Part shown: in pieces, positions 1 to 8,717 of the stretch
Position numbering within the stretch: the first letter of the stretch is position 1
How the letters are laid out: the number at the start of each line of letters is the position of its first letter
Source of the DNA: Trueperaceae bacterium
Lineage (GTDB): Bacteria; Deinococcota; Deinococci; Deinococcales; Trueperaceae
Assembly: GCA_040905465.1 (NCBI GenBank)
Contig: JBBDRK010000049.1
Location: 256,256-290,312, forward strand
DNA: 34,057 nt
Reading direction: 5' to 3'
Notes under the pieces: model-generated
Seen by the model: the letters and a program-made list of their open reading frames with translations, nothing else
What the model was told of the DNA's origin: nothing
Databases searched by the model: none
Made by a program: the position numbers and the translations under genes

Positions 1-40
1 GTTCGGGCTGGGCCGCTGACAGCGTCGCTTCTACTGCCCG

Positions 41-1003
41 TTATGGTTGGGTGTAGTTTACCTCGTTGGCCTCGTCGATAGTCCGGATGACGGCCCAGTA
101 GGTCTTGTAGTCGATCGGGAGGAACTGCGACTCTCCGCTCTTGCTGAACTCCGCTTCCAGGGCGGTGCCTTCCCAGTCGTAGGAGAAGAACGCCTCCCGG
201 ATACTCTCGGCCAGCTCGGGGCGGAGGTTGTAGACGGTGCCGTAGGCGGTGGTGGGGAAGGTGCCGGAGCGGTAGATCATCTTGTAGTCGTCTTCGCTTA
301 CCACCCCACGGGCGACCATCCGCGCCAGGACCGAGTTGGCGATGGAGGCCGCCTCATAATCCCTGTTCGCCACTCCCAGGATCGAGTTCTCGTGGGAACC
401 GGAGAACGCCGGCTCGAAGTCCTCGTCCGCGACCAGTCCGAACTCTCCCTTGAGCAGGGCGCTGGGCGCCTTGAAGCCCGAGTTGGAGGTCTGTGACGTG
501 AAGGCCAACTGCCGGCCTTCGAGATCTTCGGGGCTCTCGATGTCGCTGTCGGCGGGAACGATGATCTCCATTTCGTAACCGAACGATCCGTCCTCGCTGG
601 CCATGATCGTGAACGGATGGAAACCGGCCACGTTGACCGCGAACGGCACGCTGCCGGTGTTGAAGCCGGCAACGTGCAGACGGCCGGCTCGCATCGCTTC
701 GAGCTGCGCGGCGTTGGAGTCCACCGGGAAGAACTGCACCCGTTTGCCCGTCACGTCCTCCATGTGCGTCAGGAAGTCGGCCCAGACGTCGGCGTAAACG
801 GCCGGGTCTTCCACCGGGGTGTAGGCGAAGATGAGTACGTTCGGATCGGCGAGTTCCGCCGCGTCGCTCGGCACGTCGGCCAGCAGGTCTCCATCCGTGT
901 CACAGAAGCGTGCGTCCAGTGTTCCTCTCGGACAGTCCTGTTGGGCAAGCGCCATGCCCAGCAGCGCGAAGAGGAGGGCGAGTGCCGCCGTACGTAAAGC
1001 CAT
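41..1003 (-). CDS. phnD: Phosphate/phosphite/phosphonate ABC transporter substrate-binding protein (PhnD family)
   Basis: ATG at 1003 with GGAGG upstream; signal peptide MALRTAALALLFALLGMALA; motifs YTPVEDP, QLEAMRAGRLHVAGF, TSNSGFKAP, FSGSHENS. Confidence 0.85.
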   Translation of the reverse strand: MALRTAALALLFALLGMALAQQDCPRGTLDARFCDTDGDLLADVPSDAAELADPNVLIFAYTPVEDPAVYADVWADFLTHMEDVTGKRVQFFPVDSNAAQLEAMRAGRLHVAGFNTGSVPFAVNVAGFHPFTIMASEDGSFGYEMEIIVPADSDIESPEDLEGRQLAFTSQTSNSGFKAPSALLKGEFGLVADEDFEPAFSGSHENSILGVANRDYEAASIANSVLARMVARGVVSEDDYKMIYRSGTFPTTAYGTVYNLRPELAESIREAFFSYDWEGTALEAEFSKSGESQFLPIDYKTYWAVIRTIDEANEVNYTQP

Positions 1004-1138
1004 GATAGCCTCCAGCCTTTCGGCTCGGGACGACGAAACAGGGCAGCGCCGACGGTCGTCTACAACCGTGGTCAATGCGGCTCCAGCAACTCGGCTCGGC
1101 GCGCGCCTGACGTCCCGCTTGGAATGTTCTGCTTGCTT

Positions 1139-1168
1139 ACTATAGGCCTTCGCGCCCTGCCGGTGCAA
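1139..1168 (-). promoter_or_regulatory. Putative sigma-A promoter for phnD
   Basis: Minus strand TTGCAC (1168-1163), 18 bp spacer, TATAGT (1144-1139). Confidence 0.45.
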
Positions 1169-1243
1169 CGGTCTGGAGTCGTTCGGGTCCTCCGGCAGGA
1201 TCTCCCGGCACCTCGCGCAATCGCACCGATTTCGGCGAGACGT

Positions 1244-2053
1244 CTACCGGAAGTACTCCGTGAGCTGCGCAAACCGTGCAATGTCCAGGTCGGGGACAGG
1301 CGGTTGGGCCAACCTCGAGTAGCGGCTGCCGCCGACGAGCACCGTCTTCAACCCGGCACGCTGCCCGCCGAGGATGTCGGAATCGACAGTGTCCCCGACC
1401 ATTACGGTGCTGTCTGCGTCCGCTTCGAAGTTACGCAGTGCACTGTCGAAGAAGAACCGGCTCGGTTTTCCTACGACCGCTGCTTCCACGCCGGTCGCTT
1501 CGTGGAGAGCCGCGACTATCGCCCCGGTGCCGGGCATGATCACGCCCCCCTCCATGGGCACGCGGGAATCGACGTTCAGCGCCAGCATTCGCGCCCCGGA
1601 ACATAGCGCCAGGGTGGCATCGGCCAGCGCCTGGTACGTCATGTGCGGATCCCGGCCCACCACCACCACGTCGGCACCCGCCGGCTCCTCGGTCACGGCG
1701 ATTCCCAGCTCGCCAATCGCCTCGCTCACGCCGGCGGCACACAGGGCAAACACCCTGACATCCTTGCCGGCGAGGTAATCGTGCTGCGGAAGCAGCTCGA
1801 GCGGCGCCTGGACGTCGTCGGCCGTGGCCGGGACTCCCAGGGCCGACAACTTGGCGGCGATGCCGTGGCGGGTCGCGTTCGAGACGTTGGTGACGAAGAG
1901 TATTCGCTTTCCGCGGTCTCGCAACCGGGCGATCGCTTCTCCGGCTCCTTCGGCCAACGCGCCTCCGAACCAGACGCACCCGTCCAGGTCGAGGAAGAGC
2001 GTCTCGATGCGCCGACACCAGTCGGGTATGAAGGTCTCGTTCTCGCTCACCAT
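1244..2053 (-). CDS. HAD-IIA (NagD-like) phosphatase
   Basis: Motif I DLDGC, FVTN, GKPS, VGDTVDSDI; start trimmed to ATG 2053 (MVSENETF). Confidence 0.85.
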   Translation of the reverse strand: MVSENETFIPDWCRRIETLFLDLDGCVWFGGALAEGAGEAIARLRDRGKRILFVTNVSNATRHGIAAKLSALGVPATADDVQAPLELLPQHDYLAGKDVRVFALCAAGVSEAIGELGIAVTEEPAGADVVVVGRDPHMTYQALADATLALCSGARMLALNVDSRVPMEGGVIMPGTGAIVAALHEATGVEAAVVGKPSRFFFDSALRNFEADADSTVMVGDTVDSDILGGQRAGLKTVLVGGSRYSRLAQPPVPDLDIARFAQLTEYFR

Positions 2054-2226
2054 GGCGCCAGCGCAATAAGTGCGCGCAAGCGCCGGTCGGCCGGTGGCGT
2101 CGGCACGACGAAGGCGTCGCTTTGGGCAACTGCGGGACGTGCAAGCACGCCAAAGAGAGTAACCCGACTGGCGGCGAGGACCGTGCAGCTCCGGGAACGG
2201 ACGGGCCGGCAACGGCTCAGCGAAAT

Positions 2227-2260
2227 GCCGCCGCGCTCCGAGATTCCGGAGCGCGGCGGC
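2227..2260 (-). terminator. Stem-loop terminator downstream of the S8 peptidase gene
   Basis: Perfect 14-bp stem GCCGCCGCGCTCCG/CGGAGCGCGGCGGC, 6-nt loop, about 30 nt past the stop codon. Confidence 0.6.
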
Positions 2261-2291
2261 AAACAGAGGGCGAGCGATTATCGTGCCTGGG

Positions 2292-4454
2292 TCAGAACGG
2301 CACGTTGGAGGTCTGGTACGACGCCCAGGGCACGCGCACCGACTGCCCGTCGCAAATGATGGTCAGGTAACCTTCGGCGTCGCCGGAACGAGTATCGGCA
2401 TCGGCGAGAGAGACGTTCACTGTCGCTGCTGGAGAGGGATTGAACGATGGGGAGTCGACACTCACATCGCCGCCGTCGCTGGTAGCCGTGCAGTTGGCTG
2501 CTCCATCGAGCGCCGTGACAGTGAGTTCCACCGAACGTACCTTCGAGCGGCCGCCGAAATTGTGATAGCCGAAGGAGGCGGTGGGCGGGCTCACGACGAA
2601 GTCGAGGTCGTTGGCGGCGGCAGCGTCGAGCCGGCCGTTGCCGACTTCGTGGACCGCGTATTCGCTTCCACTCTCCGGATCGACCAGCGAAACGGCACTG
2701 TTGACCAGCGCCGCCTTCACCTGTTCGGCACTGAGCTCGGGGCGAGCGGCGAGCAGCAGCGCTGCCGCGCCGGCCACGTGCGGCGACGCCATCGAGGTGC
2801 CGTTGAACATGGCGAACTCGCCGTCGAACACCGACGACAGGATGTTGACGCCGGGGGCCGCGAGTTCAGGCTTGATGACGCCGGTGAAAGGCGCCGGACC
2901 GCGAGACGAGAACGACGCCAGCAGGTCGGCCGTGGCGGCGCCTTGGACGAGCGCGCTTCCGTCGATGGTCACAGTCGTGTCACCGGTGAGGAAACCCGCC
3001 AGGATCTCGGTTCCGGCTTCGAAGCTGATGCCGACCGCAGGAATGGTTCCCTCCCCGGCCATGGCTATCGGCCCCTCCGATGGGTTGACGTTGTATACGA
3101 CGGCGCCGAACGCCCCGGCATTGGCTGCGTTGGCGACCTTGGTGGTAAAGGTGCAGGCGCCGCGGCTGATCAGGACGACCGATCCGGCCGGCACCGGGTC
3201 GAGGGCGCTGCAGGCGAGCTCGTCGCCGTGGGCGCTGGCCAGTACCAACGGCTGCTGGTCGGCCGGCTGCTCCAGGAACGGATCGAAGTCGCCCTGGGCC
3301 GCCTCGAACTGCGCGTCTTGCGAGCCGTCCCCGTCGTAGTCGACCCGCAGCGGGAGCACCAGGGTATGGGCGTTGGTCGTGGCGGCCACGGCGAGCACTT
3401 TCGCAGCCGAGCCGGGGGAACCCACCGTGTACTGGCCGGGACCGCTGTTTCCTGCCGAGGAAACCACGACGACTCCGGCATCCACCGCCGAGTTAGCGGC
3501 CTCGGCGAGGAAGTCGTGCGGGCCGGTAACGCTGCCGCCCAGGCTCATGTTGATCACCTGCATGTCGTCCAGCACCGCGTCTTCGATCGCCGCTGCGATG
3601 TCGTGACTGAGGGCGCTGCCACCGAAGGCGACCCAACCGGCGCCGTAACCGGGAAAGACGTTGTAGTCGTAGAGCTCGGCTTCGGGCGCCACCCCGCTGA
3701 GCACCAGGCCCAGTGGACCCTCCGTCCCCGTGCAGCCGGCGACCGTTCCCGCTACGTGGGTTCCATGGTCGTTGACGAACACGTTGCTGGGGTCGAACGC
3801 CGCCCCGCTGGCGTATGCCTTTGGTTTGGCGAAGCTCTTGCAGTCGAAGAAGGGGCTGGCGCGGTCGATGCCGGAGTCTATGATCGCCACTCTCACACCG
3901 GCTCCACGAAGTCCCGTGTCCAGCCAGAACTCGTCGGCGCCTACGAGTCCCACGCTCTCGCTCATGGTGGGCCGGTAGAGCGCCGAGTAGTCGGACGCTC
4001 GAACGTCGGGGCCGCGCTCCAACTGCGAAAGAGTTGCGCCATTGAGCTTCACGGCCACCGCGTTGAGGGTGACGAAGAGCTCGTCGACGATCTCCGCCGC
4101 CCGCGCCTCCCTTCTCAGGAAGGAACGGAAGTTGGCGTGCTCGTTCTCGAGGTGCCGCAAGTACGCCCGCGCTTGCGGACTGTTCTCGTCGAACCGCTGA
4201 CCCGGCTCGGGCCGGGTGCGCCGCAGGTCGCCGATCCCGCCTCGGTAGCTCGCCGCGGGAGGGCTCTTGAAGGTGACGATCGCATACTCGGTCTGGGTGA
4301 GCTGAACCGGGTCCTCGGTGTAGTCGGTCTTGGTTTCTCCGGTACCGTCCTGACGAAGGGTTCCTTGCGGGTCCAATTCGGGATTGGGCTCGAACTGCCC
4401 GCATCCGGCGACGAGCAGCAACACAGCGACGACAAAACCTACGAGTCTCTTCAT
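2292..4454 (-). CDS. Subtilisin-like S8 serine protease lipoprotein (Vpr-like; I9 prodomain, PA insert)
   Basis: Lipobox MKRLVGFVVAVLLLVAGC; catalytic IIDSG, HGTHVAG, GTSMASPHVAG; PA motif LISRGACTFTTKV. Confidence 0.9.
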   Translation of the reverse strand: MKRLVGFVVAVLLLVAGCGQFEPNPELDPQGTLRQDGTGETKTDYTEDPVQLTQTEYAIVTFKSPPAASYRGGIGDLRRTRPEPGQRFDENSPQARAYLRHLENEHANFRSFLRREARAAEIVDELFVTLNAVAVKLNGATLSQLERGPDVRASDYSALYRPTMSESVGLVGADEFWLDTGLRGAGVRVAIIDSGIDRASPFFDCKSFAKPKAYASGAAFDPSNVFVNDHGTHVAGTVAGCTGTEGPLGLVLSGVAPEAELYDYNVFPGYGAGWVAFGGSALSHDIAAAIEDAVLDDMQVINMSLGGSVTGPHDFLAEAANSAVDAGVVVVSSAGNSGPGQYTVGSPGSAAKVLAVAATTNAHTLVLPLRVDYDGDGSQDAQFEAAQGDFDPFLEQPADQQPLVLASAHGDELACSALDPVPAGSVVLISRGACTFTTKVANAANAGAFGAVVYNVNPSEGPIAMAGEGTIPAVGISFEAGTEILAGFLTGDTTVTIDGSALVQGAATADLLASFSSRGPAPFTGVIKPELAAPGVNILSSVFDGEFAMFNGTSMASPHVAGAAALLLAARPELSAEQVKAALVNSAVSLVDPESGSEYAVHEVGNGRLDAAAANDLDFVVSPPTASFGYHNFGGRSKVRSVELTVTALDGAANCTATSDGGDVSVDSPSFNPSPAATVNVSLADADTRSGDAEGYLTIICDGQSVRVPWASYQTSNVPF

Positions 4455-4737
4455 GCATACCCCCATAGAGCGCATTGCTCGCGGTCCAGGACGTCCCGGA
4501 ACCCGTGTCAGCCCTTCGGGCGAGCCCCTCTGCTGCCACGCCCCGGAGCTGTCCTGCACCTTGAGTGGCAGCAGTTTACTACAGGCCGGCAGGTGGGGAG
4601 TTCGGGTCAGAACCGCCCTGGGCAGGGAGTGAAACCGACGCCGGCGCTGACGAAATTCTTACCGTTCAGCACAAGCGCACGCGGCGCAGTGGCTGCCTCG
4701 GCGCCCGGACCGGCAAGGGTACGCACCTTCCCGGCCG

Positions 4738-4782
4738 CGTGACACTTTCGTGACATTTGACCCGCCTGCGCCGGACTAAGAT
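4738..4782 (+). promoter_or_regulatory. hem operon promoter: 11-bp-period direct repeat plus -10 element
   Basis: CGTGACA at 4738-4744 and 4749-4755; TAAGAT at 4777-4782, 9 nt before the hemA GTG; no Shine-Dalgarno. Confidence 0.5.
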
Positions 4783-4791
4783 GAGAATTCG

Positions 4792-5952
4792 GTGGAACGG
4801 CTGGCGCTAATCGGCGTATCTCACAAGCGGGGCGGGGCGGGAGCGCTCGAGGCCTGGCAGGCCGCCTTCGGCAACGACGGCCGTGCCGGGCTTGCCGCGC
4901 TGGGCCTCAGCGAGTTCGTCCCCATCGTCACCTGTAACCGCTGGGACGTGGTGGCGCTGCTGCCGGACGGCATGTCGGCGGAGGAAGCGCGAGGCCGCCT
5001 CACTCCGGTCGGGGTCGCCCGCAAGCCGTACGCCTACTTGGGCGACGCCGCGCTCGAGCAGCTCACCCGCATCGCCGCATCGCTCGACTCCCTGAACCCC
5101 GGTGAAGACCAGATCATGCGCCAAGTCCGTGAGGCTTACGCCGAGGCGCAGGAGTGCGGGACCATCGGACCCACCACCGCTTTCGCGTTCGAAAGCGCAT
5201 TGCGTATCGCCAAGCGAGTTCGGCGGGAGGTCGCCCTGGCTCCCACGCGCACCTCGCTGTTCTCGCTGGCCAGGCCGGAGTTGGAGTCGGCGCTGCGACC
5301 GGGGGACACCGTCGCCGTATTGGGCGCCGGCGAGATGGGGACTCTGGCCGCCAAGAGCATCGCCGCCATGCCGAACGTGCGGCTGCTGATCGTCAACCGC
5401 TCGGAGGATCGTGCCCGGCAGCTCGCGCGCCACCTGGGCGGCGAGCACCGGCCGCTGGAGGAGTTCCTGGGATCGCCCGGCCCGGTGGCCGTGCTGGTGG
5501 GGGCTACCCCGGTGGCTCAAATCGTCGGCCGAAAGACGCTCGAGCGGTTGCCGGGGCTGCGGCTTGCGATAGACCTGGGCATTCCACGAAACATCGATCA
5601 TCACGCCGCGGCCACGCTGGGCCTGCGCATCCTCGACGTGGACACTTTGCAGCTCGCCGGCGCGCGCCGCCGGGAGGAGCTGGGCAGTCGCCTGGGCGAT
5701 GCGGAGCGGATCGTTCGCGCAGAGCTGGAAGCAGCCGTAGACGAGTGGTCGGAGCGCCAGCTGGGGCCGTCGATCCGCCGGTTGCGCGAGTGGTACCTGG
5801 AGACCATCGGCGACTCCCTTCCCGCCGAGGAGGCGCGCCGTCTCGCCCACAAGTTCGCCCACGTGCCGGTGAAGGGCCTGCGCGCCGTGGCGCGCGAGCA
5901 CGGCCTGGAGGCGGCGAAGACCTTTCTGTCGGAAACGGGGCTGATGGAATGA
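4792..5952 (+). CDS. hemA: Glutamyl-tRNA reductase
   Basis: Catalytic TCNR, SLDSLNPGEDQI, NADPH site GAGEMG, DLGIPRNID. Confidence 0.93.
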   Translation: MERLALIGVSHKRGGAGALEAWQAAFGNDGRAGLAALGLSEFVPIVTCNRWDVVALLPDGMSAEEARGRLTPVGVARKPYAYLGDAALEQLTRIAASLDSLNPGEDQIMRQVREAYAEAQECGTIGPTTAFAFESALRIAKRVRREVALAPTRTSLFSLARPELESALRPGDTVAVLGAGEMGTLAAKSIAAMPNVRLLIVNRSEDRARQLARHLGGEHRPLEEFLGSPGPVAVLVGATPVAQIVGRKTLERLPGLRLAIDLGIPRNIDHHAAATLGLRILDVDTLQLAGARRREELGSRLGDAERIVRAELEAAVDEWSERQLGPSIRRLREWYLETIGDSLPAEEARRLAHKFAHVPVKGLRAVAREHGLEAAKTFLSETGLME

Positions 5953-6896
5953 GCGAGGGCAACCGCCAGAGTGCCGTCTGGGACGGCGGGCCGATCCGCA
6001 TCGCCACTCGCAAGAGCGCGCTGGCCTTGTGGCAGGCGGAGTTCGTACGTTCGCGCCTGGTCGCCCTCGGCCACCAGGTGGAGCTGGTACCTGTTGTTAC
6101 CCAGGGAGACGTCGACAGCCGGCCGTTCAGCCGGATCGAGGGTCAGGGGTTTTTCACCAAGGCGGTGCAAGACGCTGTCCTGGACGGCAGGGCCGACCTG
6201 GCGGTGCACTCCCACAAGGACTTGCCGTCTCAAGAGGCCCCTGGCCTGGAGGTGGCGGCGGTTCCCGAGCGAGCCGATCCCCGCGATGTCCTGCTGGTCA
6301 ACCGCTCGGCATTCAGCGGCAACGACCGGCCGTTGCCGCTGGAGCCCGGCGCGCGCGTAGGCACCAGTGCCGCCCGTCGCCGCAAACAGCTCGCCGCGCT
6401 CCGGCCCGACCTCGAGCTGGTCGAACTGCGCGGCAACGTGCCGACCCGTGTCGCAAAGCTGCGCAACGGCGAATACGACGCGATCGTACTGGCGGCGGCC
6501 GGCTTGAGCAGGTTGCAGTTGGAACTGTCCGGACTGGAGACTCTGGTGCTGGCGCCCGAGGTACTGGTGCCGGCCCCGGCCCAAGGCGCGCTGGCGCTGG
6601 AAATCCGGCGCAGCGACTACCGCTTGGCCTCTGTCCTCACCGACCTGCATTCGGTCGCCGACTACCGGGCGATATCGGCCGAGCGCGGCCTGATGGCGAT
6701 GCTGCAGGGAGGCTGTCAACTGGCGCTGGGTGCACATGCCGAACTCGTCGGCGAGAACGTGAAGCTGCGCGGTTGGTACGAGGGAAGTTCGGTGTTGGTC
6801 GAGCATTCATCACCGGAGGGCGCCGCCATGCTGGCGTTCGACGCCCTGGGCCGGCCCGACGGCCTGGCAGCGCGCAGCGAGCTGAGGACGCAGTGA
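5949..6896 (+). CDS. hemC: Hydroxymethylbilane synthase (porphobilinogen deaminase)
   Basis: ATG overlaps hemA stop (ATGA); IATRKSALALWQA, AVHSHKDLP, LRGNVPTR, cofactor Cys in QGGCQ. Confidence 0.95.
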   Translation: MSEGNRQSAVWDGGPIRIATRKSALALWQAEFVRSRLVALGHQVELVPVVTQGDVDSRPFSRIEGQGFFTKAVQDAVLDGRADLAVHSHKDLPSQEAPGLEVAAVPERADPRDVLLVNRSAFSGNDRPLPLEPGARVGTSAARRRKQLAALRPDLELVELRGNVPTRVAKLRNGEYDAIVLAAAGLSRLQLELSGLETLVLAPEVLVPAPAQGALALEIRRSDYRLASVLTDLHSVADYRAISAERGLMAMLQGGCQLALGAHAELVGENVKLRGWYEGSSVLVEHSSPEGAAMLAFDALGRPDGLAARSELRTQ

Positions 6897-6927
6897 TGAC
6901 CTGGCGCCGCGATTCGGCAGCACTGCG

Positions 6928-7626
6928 GTGAAGCGGCCGCGCATAGCGCTTACGCAGTCGGCCGGCCGCCTGGAAGGCCTTGCCCCACTGCTGGAAGCGC
7001 GCGGATTCGAGGTCGTGCGGCGCCCGCTGATCGAAACGGTTCCCCGCACCGACGCGCGCACCAGTTCCGCCGCCGCCAAGCTGTCCGCGCTGCCCTGGTT
7101 GCTGCTCACCAGCCCCGCCACGGTGGAAGCGCTGAATGCTCTCGGGGTCGACATGAGCACTGCCAGAATCGGCGCCGTGGGACCGGCGACCGCCGAGGCG
7201 GCCACCGAGGCGATCGCGGGATCGGGGGGCCGGGTCGAACTCGTCGCGGTACCGAACAATGCCGACGGCCTTGCCCGCGCCTTCCTGGCTCATCCCCAGG
7301 CGTGTGGCCCGGTCGGCCTGCCCCGCGGGAACCGGGCTCTCGACACGCTCGAGCGCATTCTGGGAGAAGCCGGAATCGCAACTTTCCCGGTGGTGGTCTA
7401 CGACGCACGCACTCTGGTTTGGCGCGACGGGGCCGTAGACGCGGTTGTCCTGGGAAGCCCTTCGGCGGTGGAGGCGTTACCGGACGAGGTGGCTCGCGGC
7501 GGCCGTGTGGTTACCCTGGGAGGGACGACTTCGGTCGCGGCCAGGGCACGTGGCTGGCTGTGCGAAGAGGCGCAGGCGCCGACGGCCGAGGCGACGCTGG
7601 CAGCCGTGGAAAGGGTGTTGGTATGA
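6928..7626 (+). CDS. hemD: Uroporphyrinogen-III synthase
   Basis: RPRIALTQ, PLIET, LTSPATV, AVGPATAEA, VYD, GSPSAV; lies between hemC and hemB. Confidence 0.82.
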   Translation: MKRPRIALTQSAGRLEGLAPLLEARGFEVVRRPLIETVPRTDARTSSAAAKLSALPWLLLTSPATVEALNALGVDMSTARIGAVGPATAEAATEAIAGSGGRVELVAVPNNADGLARAFLAHPQACGPVGLPRGNRALDTLERILGEAGIATFPVVVYDARTLVWRDGAVDAVVLGSPSAVEALPDEVARGGRVVTLGGTTSVAARARGWLCEEAQAPTAEATLAAVERVLV

Positions 7627-8717
7627 CGACTTCCGGTTCGAAACCCGTGGCGAGGTCCAGCGCGGTAGCCGACCTCCCACTGCCGCGCGAGCGTCCCCGG
7701 CGGCTGCGTGGCAGCGCCTCCCTGCGCGCCCTGGTGACCGAGACGCGGCTTGCCCCGGAACAGCTCGTGGCGCCTTTTTTCGTTGTGCCTGAAAGCGGCC
7801 AGGAGCAACCGGTCGCCTCGCTGCCGGGGGTATCGCGCTTCTCGGTCGACCGGCTGCTACCGGAGCTCGAGCGCGCCCTGAAGCTGGGGGTGCGCTCGGC
7901 GGTGCTCTTCGGTGTGCTGCCCGACCGGGATAAGAACGATTGGGCCGGCCGTGCCGACGATCCCGACGGTCCTGTCGCCAGCGCCTTGCGCGAGGCGCGC
8001 CGGCAGTTCGGAAACGACCTGGCGCTGATAACCGACGTGTGCCTGTGCGGCTACACCGACCACGGCCACTGCGGCCTGCTCGGTCACTCGCCGCGGGGCG
8101 TTCACATCGATAACGACTCCAGCCTGGGGAGGCTTGCCGAGATGGCGTTGGCCCATGCCGAGGCCGGCGCCGACCTCGTCTCACCGTCCGACATGATGGA
8201 CGGGCGGGTGGCGGCGATCCGCACCGCGCTCGACGGTGCCGGCCACAGCGACGTGGGGATCCTGTCGTATGCCGTCAAGTATGCCTCGGCGTTCTACGGA
8301 CCGTTTCGAGAAGCGGCAGGTTCGGCGCCCAAGGGCGACGCGGCGCTCGGGTCCACCGCCGGCAGCGGCGGCGTTCCGAGTGACAGGCGCAGCTATCAGA
8401 TGGACCCCGCCAACGCCCGCGAGGCGATGCGCGAGGCGGCGCTCGACGAGGCTGAAGGCGCCGACATGCTGATGGTCAAGCCCGCTCTGCCGTACCTGGA
8501 CGTGCTGGCGCGGCTGCGTCCGGCAACCGATCTGCCGCTGGTCGCCTATCAGGTGTCCGGCGAATACGCCATGCTCAAGGCGGCCGCCGCGGCTGGGGTC
8601 TTGCAGGAAGCCGACGCCGTACGCGAGAGCCTGCTTGCCATCAGGCGGGCGGGCGCCGATCTGATCCTCAGCTATTACGCCGTCGAGGCACTCGAGAAGG
8701 GGTGGCTGAACAGCTAG
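7623..8717 (+). CDS. hemB: Porphobilinogen synthase (ALA dehydratase), Zn-binding type
   Basis: RPRRLR, DVCLCGYTDHGHCG, SPSDMMDGRV, YAVKYASAFYGPFREA, MVKPALPYLD; ATGA overlap with hemD. Confidence 0.96.
   Translation: MTTSGSKPVARSSAVADLPLPRERPRRLRGSASLRALVTETRLAPEQLVAPFFVVPESGQEQPVASLPGVSRFSVDRLLPELERALKLGVRSAVLFGVLPDRDKNDWAGRADDPDGPVASALREARRQFGNDLALITDVCLCGYTDHGHCGLLGHSPRGVHIDNDSSLGRLAEMALAHAEAGADLVSPSDMMDGRVAAIRTALDGAGHSDVGILSYAVKYASAFYGPFREAAGSAPKGDAALGSTAGSGGVPSDRRSYQMDPANAREAMREAALDEAEGADMLMVKPALPYLDVLARLRPATDLPLVAYQVSGEYAMLKAAAAAGVLQEADAVRESLLAIRRAGADLILSYYAVEALEKGWLNS

Noticed and set aside
2283-4742. 819-aa plus-strand ORF, and similar long antisense ORFs such as 20080-22479, 13943-15418 and 24992-26692
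   Set aside because: Antisense shadows of well-supported genes; expected in high-GC DNA and lacking recognisable motifs
5154-5948. Long N-terminal extensions on hemC, hemB, hemF, SDR, hemY and dnaN in the ORF track
   Set aside because: They overlap neighbouring genes or promoters; family homology begins at the coupled or RBS-supported starts used here
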